Counted from the stretch's first letter, positions 1 to 9,898 are shown. The stretch: DNA of 54,393 nt from a virus (IMGVR_UViG_3300032247_002425:1-54393); one strand, 5' to 3'. Numbers and translations: made by a program. The notes: generated from the letters alone by a model not told the origin.

Positions 1-651
1 ATGAGAGTGATCTTCTGCTTACCAGGACGAGAGTTCAGCGACCAATGGGTGCGTAGCTGGACTGACACCATAACCACGCTGGGACAGAACGGCATAGAGT
101 GGGCCATGAGCATGGCCTATGATCCTGTTGTCTACTATGCTCGCAACAGGGTGCTGGGTGGTAACAACGTGGATGGTCGTGGCCAAAAACCCTTTGGTGG
201 CTCTGTGGATTATGACTATCAAGTGTGGATTGACAGCGACATGGTTTGGAAGGCTGCTGACGTGCTCAAGCTTCTGCAGCTGGGTAAACCCATAGTGAGT
301 GGTTGTTATCTCATGGCCAATGCCGAAGAGTTCCCCATAGTCGAAACGCTGGATTACAATAAGTTGCTGGAGCAAGGCACGTTCAAGTTCATCAATCGGG
401 CTGAGATGCGATCGCGCACTGAACCGTTTACTGTGAGCTATGCAGGTTTTGGTTTCATGGCAGTTGCTAGGGGAGTGATGGAACGCTTGGAGTATCCGTG
501 GTTCCGCCCCCGCTGGGTTGACCAGGGCAATTTCCTGGAGTTCACAGCGGAAGACGTTGGTTTCTGTTGGTCAGCAGCCGAGATGGGTGAGCAGATCTGG
601 GTCGATCCAAATATAAGAGTAGGGCACCAGAAGAGTCTGGTCCTAGCCTAA
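1..651 (+). CDS. Glycosyltransferase-like protein (GT-A fold, phage type)
   Basis: YARN..., WIDSD (DxD) motif, GFGFM and AEDVGFC...IWVDP..VGH segments typical of GT-A/GT2-like phage proteins. Confidence 0.75.
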   Translation: MRVIFCLPGREFSDQWVRSWTDTITTLGQNGIEWAMSMAYDPVVYYARNRVLGGNNVDGRGQKPFGGSVDYDYQVWIDSDMVWKAADVLKLLQLGKPIVSGCYLMANAEEFPIVETLDYNKLLEQGTFKFINRAEMRSRTEPFTVSYAGFGFMAVARGVMERLEYPWFRPRWVDQGNFLEFTAEDVGFCWSAAEMGEQIWVDPNIRVGHQKSLVLA

Positions 652-655
652 TAAT

Positions 656-709
656 TTACTTGGAACCTTTGTTTATTATCTCGAGTTCATCTACTGTGTA
701 AGGCCACAT
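656..709 (-). CDS. Putative 17-aa micro-protein MWPYTVDELEIINKGSK (not in ORF track)
   Basis: AGGAG RBS at 718-722 overlaps the upstream stop; ATG at 709, TAA at 656-658; fills the gap exactly. Confidence 0.55.
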   Translation of the reverse strand: MWPYTVDELEIINKGSK

Positions 710-721
710 TTTGTGTTCTCC

Positions 722-910
722 TCAGTAACCAGACATGAATGGCTTGCGCTCATTCCAGCTAAGACGCTCAAATTCACGGCTGAAGTTTTCAACGTCTAGT
801 ATGGTCTGCGGATTGCGGTTCATGATGTAGCGCTCTTCTGGGGTCAGCTTGCGACCCTGTTTTTGGCTAACGACTTTCTTGCCAACCAGCTTGTTGATCC
901 ACTTGATCAT
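722..910 (-). CDS. Small hypothetical protein (weak resemblance to DUF3563-like proteins)
   Basis: GGAGAG RBS, ATG start, TAAATA promoter motif at 971-976; ERYI..RNPQT..DVE.F.REF segment. Confidence 0.65.
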   Translation of the reverse strand: MIKWINKLVGKKVVSQKQGRKLTPEERYIMNRNPQTILDVENFSREFERLSWNERKPFMSGY

Positions 911-978
911 TGTAGTCTCTCCTAATGTGTGTGTTGGTGCACGATAAACATGCTAACCATATTATATGCATATTTACG

Positions 979-1036
979 GCACTGCACAATGGTTCAGCCA
1001 TGCATTGCACAATGGTCTACCTTGCAGTGCAGCAAT
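979..1036. promoter_or_regulatory. Three phased TGC-N3-GCA-type boxes (candidate operator array)
   Basis: GCACTGCACAATGGT 979-993, GCATTGCACAATGGT 1002-1016, GCAGTGCAGCAAT 1024-1036; period 22-23 bp. Confidence 0.5.
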
Positions 1037-1106
1037 ACTTATGTCCTATTGCATGACAGTTTGATGAACCTCTGTGAGCATGCATAATTAGAGTTGGAGA
1101 TCAATC

Positions 1107-1553
1107 ATGGCCCTATACATATCAACCAAGACCTACACGCATGCAGAGGGACTCAGCTGCTGTTATCGCCAATGGCGTGCCGGAGCTGACAGCAAACTCC
1201 ACGGAGCTATGCTTAGTTTCAAGCTGGTATTTGAATGTCATCACGTTGATGACCACGGATGGACCATGGATTTCAGCCTGCTCGATCCAATCACAGCATA
1301 CATTAAAAGCCAGTTTGGCCGGACCACTATCGTGGCAGAAGATGACCCAATGCTCAGCACTTTCCAAATGTTGGCTGAGACAGGTGCCTGTGATCTGCGC
1401 ATCATGCCCATGACCAGCTGCGAGAAATTTGCAGAATCTGTGTTTGCGTTTGCCAAGCAGTGGATGACTGACCAAGGCTTGCTGACTCGCGTGACCATCC
1501 GCAGCGTCGAATGCAGCGAGCACGACGGCAACACTGCTATGTACATAGAATGA
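1107..1553 (+). CDS. queD: QueD/6-pyruvoyl-tetrahydropterin synthase-like protein with degenerate active-site motifs
   Basis: STKTYTH..GLSCCYRQWRA, LHG, W..DF, AEDDP, CEKFAE, VECSEH..N pattern; GGAG RBS. Confidence 0.75.
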   Translation: MALYISTKTYTHAEGLSCCYRQWRAGADSKLHGAMLSFKLVFECHHVDDHGWTMDFSLLDPITAYIKSQFGRTTIVAEDDPMLSTFQMLAETGACDLRIMPMTSCEKFAESVFAFAKQWMTDQGLLTRVTIRSVECSEHDGNTAMYIE

Positions 1554-1579
1554 TTGGTATGTATCCGGGTCGTCTTGGC

Positions 1580-1585
1580 TAAATA
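1580..1585 (+). promoter_or_regulatory. TAAATA late-type promoter
   Basis: GCTAAATATC just upstream of GGAG RBS and the 1612 ORF; same motif precedes other virion-like genes. Confidence 0.55.
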
Positions 1586-1611
1586 TCCTAGCATAGCCTG
1601 GAGCAAACCAC

Positions 1612-2856
1612 ATGGGTCAGAATTTTCAACCTGTTACACAGTATTATCAGATAGGGTTCGAGGGATACCAAGACAATGGTGGTCCTATAGATCCTTTCAA
1701 CAGCCTCAACTACTTCAACATGATCGCAGTGACCAGCACCAATGACGCTGCTTGGGATGCTGCGAACCCCAGCGGCGTCTACACGGGTAGCGGCGACGAC
1801 GTGATGAACATCAACGGCTATGACATAGGACCGTTCTACAACCCCATAGCTGGACGTAATATAACGCTGCAGGAATTGTGTGCATTAGTAAACGCAGCTA
1901 GCCCATGGACCGGTGTGATTGCCAACTTCTGGCGCTTCTGGGGCAACGGCGGCGCAGATGATTATTATGTACCATACATATCCCTGACCTGTGCTTATCC
2001 TAGCGTGCAGACAGCTATCACGCTGAGCAACACCGTTGGTACTCCGCTGGGCGTGCTGGGCTTGCCAGTGGGCAGCGTCACGCTGCCCAACGCCATCTAC
2101 GGCAGCAGCTTCAACACATTGGTCAATGGTTCAACCATCACGCTGAACGGAACCACTATTACCTTCACCACAGGCGGTGGATTGAATGCTGCAGGTGCAG
2201 TTAGCACCATCAACAACTTCACAGGTAGTACCAACGTGTTGGCACGCAAAGCTGGGGCATACATACAGCTCAACAGCGAGAGCCAAGCTCCGATACTGTT
2301 TGGCACCGACACTATTGGTGCCAGTGGTGCGCTTGGATTCACGGCTGGTACTGCATATGCCAGCGCGATGACATATGACAAGGCCATACTGCACGAGCAG
2401 GGCAACATGCGTTGGAATGCAGTAGCTAGCTGGATCAGCAGCAACCTCACTCCAACCTACTATGGTCAAGCTGCATGGACCAGCAACAACGGTACCTGCG
2501 GACCAGAAGGTTTAACCTGGGTGCTGGGCGTTGAGCACATTGATCAGGTTTACACTCGCGGATTGGCATCGGATGGTCTCAGCGACGACGGTGTTGAGCT
2601 CAAGGGAGCGCAAGCACTGAAGAGGTTGATATGCCGTGCGCTAGCTTTACCATACACTAGCAATCGCAACGTCTACAATCCCAACGTGGCCGTAGCAGGT
2701 AGCTCAGTGGTAGCCTACAACACCAGCCAAGTTGTGGTACAACAGATCACGGCTCCGGCATTAGATAACGTAGCTACGCTGTCCAACAGTGGCAGCGTCT
2801 GGGTATATCCCATATCACCTGGTTTTGGTCTACCTGGTCCAGAAGGCGGCTGGTAA
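1612..2856 (+). CDS. Putative virion structural protein
   Basis: 414 aa, G/T/N/A-rich beta-type composition (TITLNGTTITFT), late-type promoter, GGAG RBS. Confidence 0.6.
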   Translation: MGQNFQPVTQYYQIGFEGYQDNGGPIDPFNSLNYFNMIAVTSTNDAAWDAANPSGVYTGSGDDVMNINGYDIGPFYNPIAGRNITLQELCALVNAASPWTGVIANFWRFWGNGGADDYYVPYISLTCAYPSVQTAITLSNTVGTPLGVLGLPVGSVTLPNAIYGSSFNTLVNGSTITLNGTTITFTTGGGLNAAGAVSTINNFTGSTNVLARKAGAYIQLNSESQAPILFGTDTIGASGALGFTAGTAYASAMTYDKAILHEQGNMRWNAVASWISSNLTPTYYGQAAWTSNNGTCGPEGLTWVLGVEHIDQVYTRGLASDGLSDDGVELKGAQALKRLICRALALPYTSNRNVYNPNVAVAGSSVVAYNTSQVVVQQITAPALDNVATLSNSGSVWVYPISPGFGLPGPEGGW

Positions 2857-2859
2857 CAG

Positions 2860-2887
2860 TTGACAGCCTGCTGATATCAGCTAAACT
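2860..2887 (+). promoter_or_regulatory. Sigma70-type promoter
   Basis: TTGACA-N16-TAAACT upstream of the 2915 ORF. Confidence 0.55.
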
Positions 2888-2914
2888 TATTAGCAGTCAC
2901 AGGAGCCACTGACG

Positions 2915-4702
2915 ATGTTGACCACCTTACTCATGTTCATAGCTGCCATATCGCTCAGCGGTGTGGCAGGATATTACTCAGTCATTGGTCTAACTACTAT
3001 CTTCAGTTCAGCATTCATCCCTGTGCTGATCATGGCTGGCACGCTGGAGAGCAGCAAGGTAATCACAGCAAGCTGGCTGTATAACAACTGGCGCAAGACT
3101 CCGTGGCTTCTCAAGAGCTATCTCACAGGTGCGGTGGTGGTGTTGATGTTCATCACCAGCTTGGGCATCTTTGGATTCCTCAGCAAGGCACATGTTGAAC
3201 AGGCAGCTGCTGGCGCAGAACAGCAGGCCAAGGTGTTACATATAACCCAGAGCATTGATCAACAGAATCAGATAATTGAGCGTGCCAAGCAGAAACTAGC
3301 AAACGCTGGCAAGGGCAACGAAGCAGGCAATGCTGCTATTAACACTCGCATAGATGACGCTAATAAGGTCATAGACAGTGCCAACAAGCGTGTGCAACCA
3401 CAGATTGACGAGCAGCAGCGGATCATAGATGCTGCCAACGCCAAGATAGAACTGCGTGCCAAGAGCACACAGAGCCAGATCGATGACATTGACCGGCAGG
3501 TGGCCAACCTTGACAACATCGTCAAGAGCTTGATCGATCAAAAGAAGACCAGCCAAGCACAGGCACGCCAGCAGGAACAACAGGCTGATAGGACTCGTTT
3601 GGCCAAGTCCAAGACTGAGTTGCTCAAGCAGATTGATGCCATGCGCCAGGCGCCTGATCCTCAGACAGATGCTGCCAAGACTGAGATAGCGAGGCTGCGT
3701 GCCAAGGTTGATGATGAGATCAAGCAGGCTCGTGCTGTCATAGAACAGCTGACCAACAAGCTGGGCCAGGGCAGCGACACAGACAAGCTGCAGGCTGACA
3801 TAGATGCACAGAACGATGCTATCAAAGCTGCAGAAGCACAGATTGAACTGCTGAACGCAGACAAGTTCAAGCTGGAGACTGAAGGTCGCAAGCTGGAAGC
3901 AGAGACTGGGCCAATCAAGTACATAGCACAGGCCCTATATGGTGATACGGTTGATCAGACTCTGCTAGAGCATGCTGTGCGCTGGATCATTACGCTGATC
4001 ATCGTGGTATTTGATCCACTGGCTATTCTCATGTTAATAGCAGCAAACCAAGGTCTCGCCCAATGGCAGTGCAATAAGAACCAAAAGAGACAAGAACCAG
4101 AGACTGTGATTGAAACTGTTTTTGATCTACCGCCAGTTGCTTCCACAGCTGAATCCGAGGTGTCTGCGCCGCAGACAGTTAATCTGACCATAGACGGCAA
4201 GGACGAGCTTATCGCAGCTGTGGAGGGACTGCGTGCAGAGATGGCTGCACTCAATGCTGCTATAGCTGCTCCAACTGCGGAAAGCGTTGTCGAGACAGAG
4301 ATAATACCCGAGCCAATGATAGCAGAGCCGCAGAATCATACCATTAATTTCGATGCCAACGATGACAAGGTAACTATTTCTACTGATGATACTGATCAAC
4401 CTACCTGGGAGGATAAACTAGCTATCGAACCAGAAACTCCAGTTAGATTACCAGTAGTGGCTGATGACATAGCTGAAGAAGATATAGATAAGCTGGCATC
4501 AGTCATTGAAGATTCGGAAGATGATGCTGTTTCTAAATGGGAAATCATAGATCGATTACCAACTCCGGCGCAGTCAGATGATCAGATGCCTGTGCAGCCC
4601 GAAACTGTCCGTTCAATAGATGCATTGTTTGATCAAATGCGCGACCGCCATCAATCACGAATTGATCAACACGTTGAATCATTAAATAAAGAGCAGAGAT
4701 AA
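2915..4702 (+). CDS. Membrane-anchored coiled-coil protein
   Basis: Three N-terminal hydrophobic segments, long Q/A/K/E heptad region, another TM ([16 protein letters not shown]), acidic tail; AGGAG RBS. Confidence 0.75.
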   Translation: MLTTLLMFIAAISLSGVAGYYSVIGLTTIFSSAFIPVLIMAGTLESSKVITASWLYNNWRKTPWLLKSYLTGAVVVLMFITSLGIFGFLSKAHVEQAAAGAEQQAKVLHITQSIDQQNQIIERAKQKLANAGKGNEAGNAAINTRIDDANKVIDSANKRVQPQIDEQQRIIDAANAKIELRAKSTQSQIDDIDRQVANLDNIVKSLIDQKKTSQAQARQQEQQADRTRLAKSKTELLKQIDAMRQAPDPQTDAAKTEIARLRAKVDDEIKQARAVIEQLTNKLGQGSDTDKLQADIDAQNDAIKAAEAQIELLNADKFKLETEGRKLEAETGPIKYIAQALYGDTVDQTLLEHAVRWIITLIIVVFDPLAILMLIAANQGLAQWQCNKNQKRQEPETVIETVFDLPPVASTAESEVSAPQTVNLTIDGKDELIAAVEGLRAEMAALNAAIAAPTAESVVETEIIPEPMIAEPQNHTINFDANDDKVTISTDDTDQPTWEDKLAIEPETPVRLPVVADDIAEEDIDKLASVIEDSEDDAVSKWEIIDRLPTPAQSDDQMPVQPETVRSIDALFDQMRDRHQSRIDQHVESLNKEQR

Positions 4703-4706
4703 TACC

Positions 4707-5963
4707 ATGGCAAAGGACACGATTAACCATTTGTTTTCATGCAGCTTTTGCAGCAAAAACCAGCGTGAAGTTACCAAGCTAATAAGCGGTAATGATGTAT
4801 ACATCTGCAATGAATGCGTGGATCTGTGCCACGGTATACTGCGCGAAGAAAAGATCCAGGCGCGACCAGACACGACTGATCTAACCCCCGCTAAGATAAA
4901 ATCATGGCTTGATGATCGCTTGGTAGGACAAGACCATGCTAAGATGGTATTAAGCGTGGCTGTTTACAACCATATCAAGCGCATCAACAATCCAGTGATA
5001 GACGGCGTAGAGATAGACAAGAGCAACGTGATGTTTGTTGGTCCTACCGGATGCGGCAAGACCTATATGATACAGCAGATAGCCAAGCTATTAGATATAC
5101 CGTTGGTGATCATCGATGCTACGAGCATCACCGAAAGTGGTTATGTTGGTTTGGACGTAGAAGAAACCATAGCCAGACTGTATCAGGCTGCTGACCAAGA
5201 TATCGCCAAGACCGAGCGCGGCATCGTGTATATAGACGAGATCGACAAGAAGAGCCGCAAGAGCGAAAGCAGCAGCATCACACGCGATGTAAGCGGCGAA
5301 GGTGTGCAACAGGGCTTGCTCAAGATACTGGAAGGCTGTGAGGTCAAGGTACCGCCCGCTGGAGGTCGCAAGAATCCACAGGGCGAATTTATAATGGTAA
5401 ACACCAAGAACATATTGTTCATACTTGGTGGTGCGTTTGTTGGATTGAAAGACATCGTAGCCAAACGCCTAGATGTTGGCGGCGGCATTGGATTTGGTGC
5501 TAAGCTAAACAAGCAAGAAAGAAACGATTCTGAAAGCTTTGAGTTGGTCAGCCAAGCCAGACAGGAAGACCTCATCACGTTCGGAATCATCCCAGAGATG
5601 ATTGGTCGCATTCCTGTGATAGTACCATTCAAAGACCTCGACGAGGATGATCTAGTTCGCATACTCACCGAACCCAAGAACGCGATAATCAAACAGTATC
5701 AAAAGATGTTTAGCGTTGATGGAGTTGATCTAGAAGTACAAACATCTGCACTGCGGCTGATAGCACAGCAGGCAAAAGCTCGCAATACAGGAGCACGTGG
5801 CTTGCGCGGTATCATAGAAAATCTACTGCTCAAGAGCCAATTTGATCTGCCCCAACTGAGCAAAGATGGTGTTAGCAAGATCATCATCACTGATGATATG
5901 GTCAACAATGGCAGTGAACCAATGCGGGTGCACAGAGCTGTACCCGAAGCTGCTAACGTCTGA
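4707..5963 (+). CDS. clpX: ATP-dependent Clp protease ATPase subunit ClpX
   Basis: C4 zinc finger CSFC...ICNECV, Walker [13 protein letters not shown] pore loop, Walker [21 protein letters not shown] loop, TGARGLR. Confidence 0.97.
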   Translation: MAKDTINHLFSCSFCSKNQREVTKLISGNDVYICNECVDLCHGILREEKIQARPDTTDLTPAKIKSWLDDRLVGQDHAKMVLSVAVYNHIKRINNPVIDGVEIDKSNVMFVGPTGCGKTYMIQQIAKLLDIPLVIIDATSITESGYVGLDVEETIARLYQAADQDIAKTERGIVYIDEIDKKSRKSESSSITRDVSGEGVQQGLLKILEGCEVKVPPAGGRKNPQGEFIMVNTKNILFILGGAFVGLKDIVAKRLDVGGGIGFGAKLNKQERNDSESFELVSQARQEDLITFGIIPEMIGRIPVIVPFKDLDEDDLVRILTEPKNAIIKQYQKMFSVDGVDLEVQTSALRLIAQQAKARNTGARGLRGIIENLLLKSQFDLPQLSKDGVSKIIITDDMVNNGSEPMRVHRAVPEAANV

Positions 5964-5990
5964 TATGATGCCATTTAGGATAATTAATTA

Positions 5991-6260
5991 ATGGCACGAG
6001 ATTATAAAGACACGTCTGGCGACAGGGAAAGTTGGTCAAACAAGAAAGGCCTCACCGTGCAGGTCTGGAATGGCAACCTCAATAAAGCGTTGAGCCAACT
6101 CAAGAAACGTGTAGCCACAGAAGGCATTGCCAAAGAGCTGCGCAAGCGCAAGAACTTTGAAACCAACACTGCCAAGCGTCGCAGGGCTATGGCAGAAGCC
6201 AAGAGCCGTTGGCGCAAGAAACAATCTCAGTTTGATGGGACTGATAAACGCAGGCCGTGA
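5991..6260 (+). CDS. rpsU: Ribosomal protein bS21 (phage-encoded)
   Basis: V.V.NGNLNKAL..LKKRV..EGI.KELRKRKNFE..T.KRRR pattern; basic 89-aa protein. Confidence 0.85.
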   Translation: MARDYKDTSGDRESWSNKKGLTVQVWNGNLNKALSQLKKRVATEGIAKELRKRKNFETNTAKRRRAMAEAKSRWRKKQSQFDGTDKRRP

Positions 6261-6263
6261 ATA

Positions 6264-8066
6264 TCAGAAGGTCTTGCTCAATGGTACGATAGTGCGTTGG
6301 CTGCTCTGTAATGGATTTTGATTGTTCATAGTGTTGCTAAAACTAACAGCAGACGGTGAACTGCTATTGCCCATGGAAATTGCCATGGTGGTCGTACTGG
6401 ATCCCTGGCGTATGTTTGGTCGAGCGTAGGTTTGTCCTGTGGCAGGTCGAGCACCTACCAGATAGTTTGGATATGTCATACCAGATTGGGTCTGATATAA
6501 TGCTAAGATGCTGGTACCAATTGGACTACCAATACCAGTGCAGGCGTCCCAGCCAGCAGTAGCAACATAGCCCACTGTATTGCCGCCGTGATTATCACCT
6601 ACTGTGATGTCATTGAATGCTGTAGCACTTGCCGTATACCATGTTGGATTTACAAAACCTATGCGGCTGCTGGTCATGCTGTTGAGCCTAGCCATCATGC
6701 CACCCAACAATGGGGCCACTGCACTAGTACCTAAAAACGTTCCACTAGCATTAGTGATGCCATAATAGAAAGTGTATCCAGTGGCCATGGCACTGACATC
6801 AGGAATGCTACGCCCGGTAAGAGTAACAGGGCTGCTCGGGGTAGGATAGGTCTTGCTGGTCAATCCTGTTTGCCAAGTAGGCACGCTGTATATGGTGCTT
6901 ACGCCTCCGCCGCCGGCATATGATCCGCCTGCAGTGCCCCATGCTACTTCACTGGCTATAGTATAGTCATTGTTGATTGTAACAACGGTACCACCTGCGC
7001 CTATGACATATGGACTGGAGCCAGGATATTGCAAAGTATATGTTGGAGCTCCATTTATAGCACGGACTCCAAAATCACCAGTTGCTACGAAAGTGGTAAT
7101 GCCCCTTACTATGGCAGCCTGCAGTGCAGTATCAAACTGTGTGTTGTTTCCGAACCAGTTGCTGTCGGTGGTTCCCCAGCTAATGCTTAGCACACTGGGA
7201 TTGTTGACCATGTCATTTGTAGCAGCTGTGATGCAATCAATGAAACCTTGGAAGCTGTTCGGGGCAAAATACATAGCTATGGTAGCAGCTGGAGCTACTG
7301 CTCCTACGCAATAGATGTCCAACATGACTTCGCCGCTGCTGTTGATATCAGTTGGATCATTTACTCCGCCATCGACACTGACATCAACCACAGTTGGATT
7401 TGGCTGTCCTATCCTACCAAACGTGCTGGTCAGATTCTGTGTGGTCCAACCTCCGCCAAGCTCCACGATACCAACACAGGTATTAGCACCTTGGACTAGA
7501 TCACCGCCTGCGGCTCTAGGAAATTTGTAAGCTAGTGCTAGGTCGACAGGGGTTGGGCTTGAAATCAGATTGGGATCTATGTTGGTTACCATTGCTCCAA
7601 CTGGAGGTGCATCTGGATCTAGTCTAGCATAGGATTCAAAAGTCAATGAATTATCGAGACCTAGCACCAGTTCTACCACGCTGTTGATCTCACTTGGTAT
7701 GGTGATAGTTCCAGAGTGTGTGATATAGCTTCTCGAGCCTGTGCTAACGGTTTCTAGCTTCACAGCAAACAGTTCGTTCATCTGTCCAACAGTACCTTCG
7801 GCTTTGACAGTGGCTATACCAGATCCAAACTCTATTACCACTAAATCGTTGGCGACTGCCCAATCAACTACCAGATTGATCTCATCCTCTACGCTGCCAA
7901 ATTGATACACAAACTCGTCATGATCTAGCGCAGGATGGATCCCGGCCATGACAGCATCTGCATACTCCTGCAGTGTCATGCCGTTCTCGTGACAATCTCT
8001 CCTAAGATAGATGCTGATCAACAGCCTAGCATTGACATCTGCGAAGTTTCTGACAGGTAAGCTCAT
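6264..8066 (-). CDS. Sedolisin/kumamolisin-family (S53) serine peptidase with prodomain
   Basis: GEVMLDI (catalytic E/D), SISWG, ATGD oxyanion Asp, PDVSA, GTSAVAP catalytic Ser, GWDACTGIGSP Ca-site; no signal peptide. Confidence 0.92.
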   Translation of the reverse strand: MSLPVRNFADVNARLLISIYLRRDCHENGMTLQEYADAVMAGIHPALDHDEFVYQFGSVEDEINLVVDWAVANDLVVIEFGSGIATVKAEGTVGQMNELFAVKLETVSTGSRSYITHSGTITIPSEINSVVELVLGLDNSLTFESYARLDPDAPPVGAMVTNIDPNLISSPTPVDLALAYKFPRAAGGDLVQGANTCVGIVELGGGWTTQNLTSTFGRIGQPNPTVVDVSVDGGVNDPTDINSSGEVMLDIYCVGAVAPAATIAMYFAPNSFQGFIDCITAATNDMVNNPSVLSISWGTTDSNWFGNNTQFDTALQAAIVRGITTFVATGDFGVRAINGAPTYTLQYPGSSPYVIGAGGTVVTINNDYTIASEVAWGTAGGSYAGGGGVSTIYSVPTWQTGLTSKTYPTPSSPVTLTGRSIPDVSAMATGYTFYYGITNASGTFLGTSAVAPLLGGMMARLNSMTSSRIGFVNPTWYTASATAFNDITVGDNHGGNTVGYVATAGWDACTGIGSPIGTSILALYQTQSGMTYPNYLVGARPATGQTYARPNIRQGSSTTTMAISMGNSSSPSAVSFSNTMNNQNPLQSSQRTIVPLSKTF

Positions 8067-8067
8067 G

Positions 8068-8913
8068 TTATACCTCGGTCTTTAACAGCGTCAATGTGAC
8101 AGTTATGGCCACAGAAGTATTACCAGTGTTTTGTACCTTGAGGGGTATGCTGGTAGTGGGAGGCGACTCGCTGCTGAAGCCTGCTGCTGCTGGCGTGATA
8201 AGTTGGGTCACAGCTCCTGCTGATATGATTTCAGCTATCACGCCACTGCCTGGAGTTGGATTAGTTGATTGTGCTCTGCTGGCATCTGCAGTTCGTGCTG
8301 CTGTGCTGCTATAGACCGTTACCCATGCGGCATGATCAACCTGTATGCTGTATAGATTATAGCCATTGAATCCCGTTGCAGTCACGGCAGCATTTGATCC
8401 TGCTGCTAGAGTTGTAGTTGTTACGCTGACATTATTCCTACTAGAAACGCTGCCTGCACCGGTTGCCCCAGTTGCTCCTTGTGATCCGGTTGGACCTGTA
8501 GCACCCATACCAGGACCAGTAGGACCATTCTGTCCGGTTGGACCAGTTGCCCCTGTGCCTACAGGACCAGTAGCACCTGCTGAGCCGCTAGCACCAGTTG
8601 GGCCGGTCAGTGACGATGCTGGTCCAGTTGGACCTATACCGGATGGCCCAGTTGGCCCAGTCACGGTTGATGCTGCTCCAGACGGGCCTGTGCGTCCAGT
8701 TGGGCCAGTTGACCCCGTATCACCTTTGCTGGCAGCTGTACCAGGTTGTCCAGTAGGACCAGTGATGCTTGTGCCAGTAGGCCCAGTTATACCTCTGGCT
8801 CCAGTTGGTCCCTGCGTACCAGCTGTACCGCTCTGTCCTATTGCACCTGTCGCCCCAGTAACACCTCGAGCCCCTGTGGCACCAGTTGGGCCAGTGACAT
8901 TGATGGCTGCCAT
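8068..8913 (-). CDS. Collagen-like (G-X-T) virion protein with C-terminal globular domain
   Basis: Long GPT/GAT repeats; start reassigned to ATG 8913 after AAGGAG RBS; TAAATA motif at 8937-8942. Confidence 0.85.
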   Translation of the reverse strand: MAAINVTGPTGATGARGVTGATGAIGQSGTAGTQGPTGARGITGPTGTSITGPTGQPGTAASKGDTGSTGPTGRTGPSGAASTVTGPTGPSGIGPTGPASSLTGPTGASGSAGATGPVGTGATGPTGQNGPTGPGMGATGPTGSQGATGATGAGSVSSRNNVSVTTTTLAAGSNAAVTATGFNGYNLYSIQVDHAAWVTVYSSTAARTADASRAQSTNPTPGSGVIAEIISAGAVTQLITPAAAGFSSESPPTTSIPLKVQNTGNTSVAITVTLTLLKTEV

Positions 8914-8958
8914 GATGATCTCCTTTGTAGCTAAGATATTTATCGATACCTCCAGATC

Positions 8959-8987
8959 TTGACAGTGGCACACAGACGCATTAAATA
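8959..8987 (+). promoter_or_regulatory. Promoter for hsp20
   Basis: TTGACA 8959-8964 then N17 and TAAATA 8982-8987. Confidence 0.55.
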
Positions 8988-8992
8988 TGTTC

Positions 8993-9052
8993 TGCAGGTG
9001 CCTACGGGGCCTGCACTAGATAATGCTTCGCTTTAACAGGAGGTATCAAATG
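8993..9052 (+). promoter_or_regulatory. ROSE-like RNA thermometer in hsp20 leader
   Basis: UACG-loop hairpin 8993-9015, then AUGCUUC-G-CU/uuaac/AGGAGGUAU hairpin pairing the SD with a bulged G (U(U/C)GCU motif). Confidence 0.7.
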
Positions 9053-9529
9053 CGAAACCAATCTACATATCTATTGCCATCTATGGACGATTTCTTCAGA
9101 GATCTAAATCGATTCGCCATTGGATTTGAACCAATGATCACCAGGATCCACAGCCTGCATCCAAATCAAGCCGCAGGTTATCCGCCCTACAATCTTGAAA
9201 ACGATGGTTCTACCTATCGTTTAGAACTAGCGGTCGCTGGATTCAAGATGGAAGAGCTGGAGATCTATCTAACCAACGATCGTGTGCTCATGGTCAGAGG
9301 CAGCAAAAGCACTGACCAAAGTGAGAGAAATTGGATCCATCGTGGCATTGCCGGTCGTGATTTTGAGCGTCAATTCACTCTAGCAGAGCACATCAAAGTA
9401 GTCAGCGCCAAGCTGGAAGATGGCTTGCTGATCATTGAGCTGGAGCGCGAAGTGCCAGAGGCTACCAAAGGACGTGTGATCCCGATCAGCAACAGCACTG
9501 TCATTGACGTCACGTCTTCAGCAGAATGA
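9050..9529 (+). CDS. ibpA: Small heat shock protein Hsp20 (IbpA-like)
   Basis: GYPPYNL, LELAVAGF, HRGIA.RDFERQFTLAEH, A.LEDGLL.I.L; ATG 9050 after AGGAGG. Confidence 0.95.
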   Translation: MRNQSTYLLPSMDDFFRDLNRFAIGFEPMITRIHSLHPNQAAGYPPYNLENDGSTYRLELAVAGFKMEELEIYLTNDRVLMVRGSKSTDQSERNWIHRGIAGRDFERQFTLAEHIKVVSAKLEDGLLIIELEREVPEATKGRVIPISNSTVIDVTSSAE

Positions 9530-9531
9530 CC

Positions 9532-9560
9532 TTGCACGGACCTGCGATTAGCCTTATAAT
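9532..9560 (+). promoter_or_regulatory. Sigma70-type promoter for clpS
   Basis: TTGCAC-N17-TATAAT. Confidence 0.55.
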
Positions 9561-9582
9561 GTAACATAGACAGGAGGGACCA

Positions 9583-9894
9583 ATGGCCGAGACCAAGAAG
9601 CAAAATGTAGTCGCTGTGATAGAACGTGTTGCCATGGCCCCTCCTCGCATGTGGAATGTATGGTTGGTAAATGATGATCAGACAACCATGGAATTCGTGG
9701 TACTTGTGCTAATGCAGATCTTCCATCGCAGCTTTGAAGAAGCGCAGGATATCATGATGCACATCCATACTAACGGACGCGGAATAGCAGGCACTTACAG
9801 CCATGAAGTGGCCACTCAAAAGCGCGACGAGACTGTTGCTATTGCTAGATCGAGCGGATTTCCACTGGTTGCAGAGCTAAATCCAGCAGAATAA
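9583..9894 (+). CDS. clpS: Clp protease adaptor ClpS
   Basis: PP.MWNVWLVNDDQTTMEFVV.VL..IF, MMHIH..G.GIAG.Y..EVA..K, GFPL. Confidence 0.95.
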   Translation: MAETKKQNVVAVIERVAMAPPRMWNVWLVNDDQTTMEFVVLVLMQIFHRSFEEAQDIMMHIHTNGRGIAGTYSHEVATQKRDETVAIARSSGFPLVAELNPAE

Positions 9895-9898
9895 CCGG

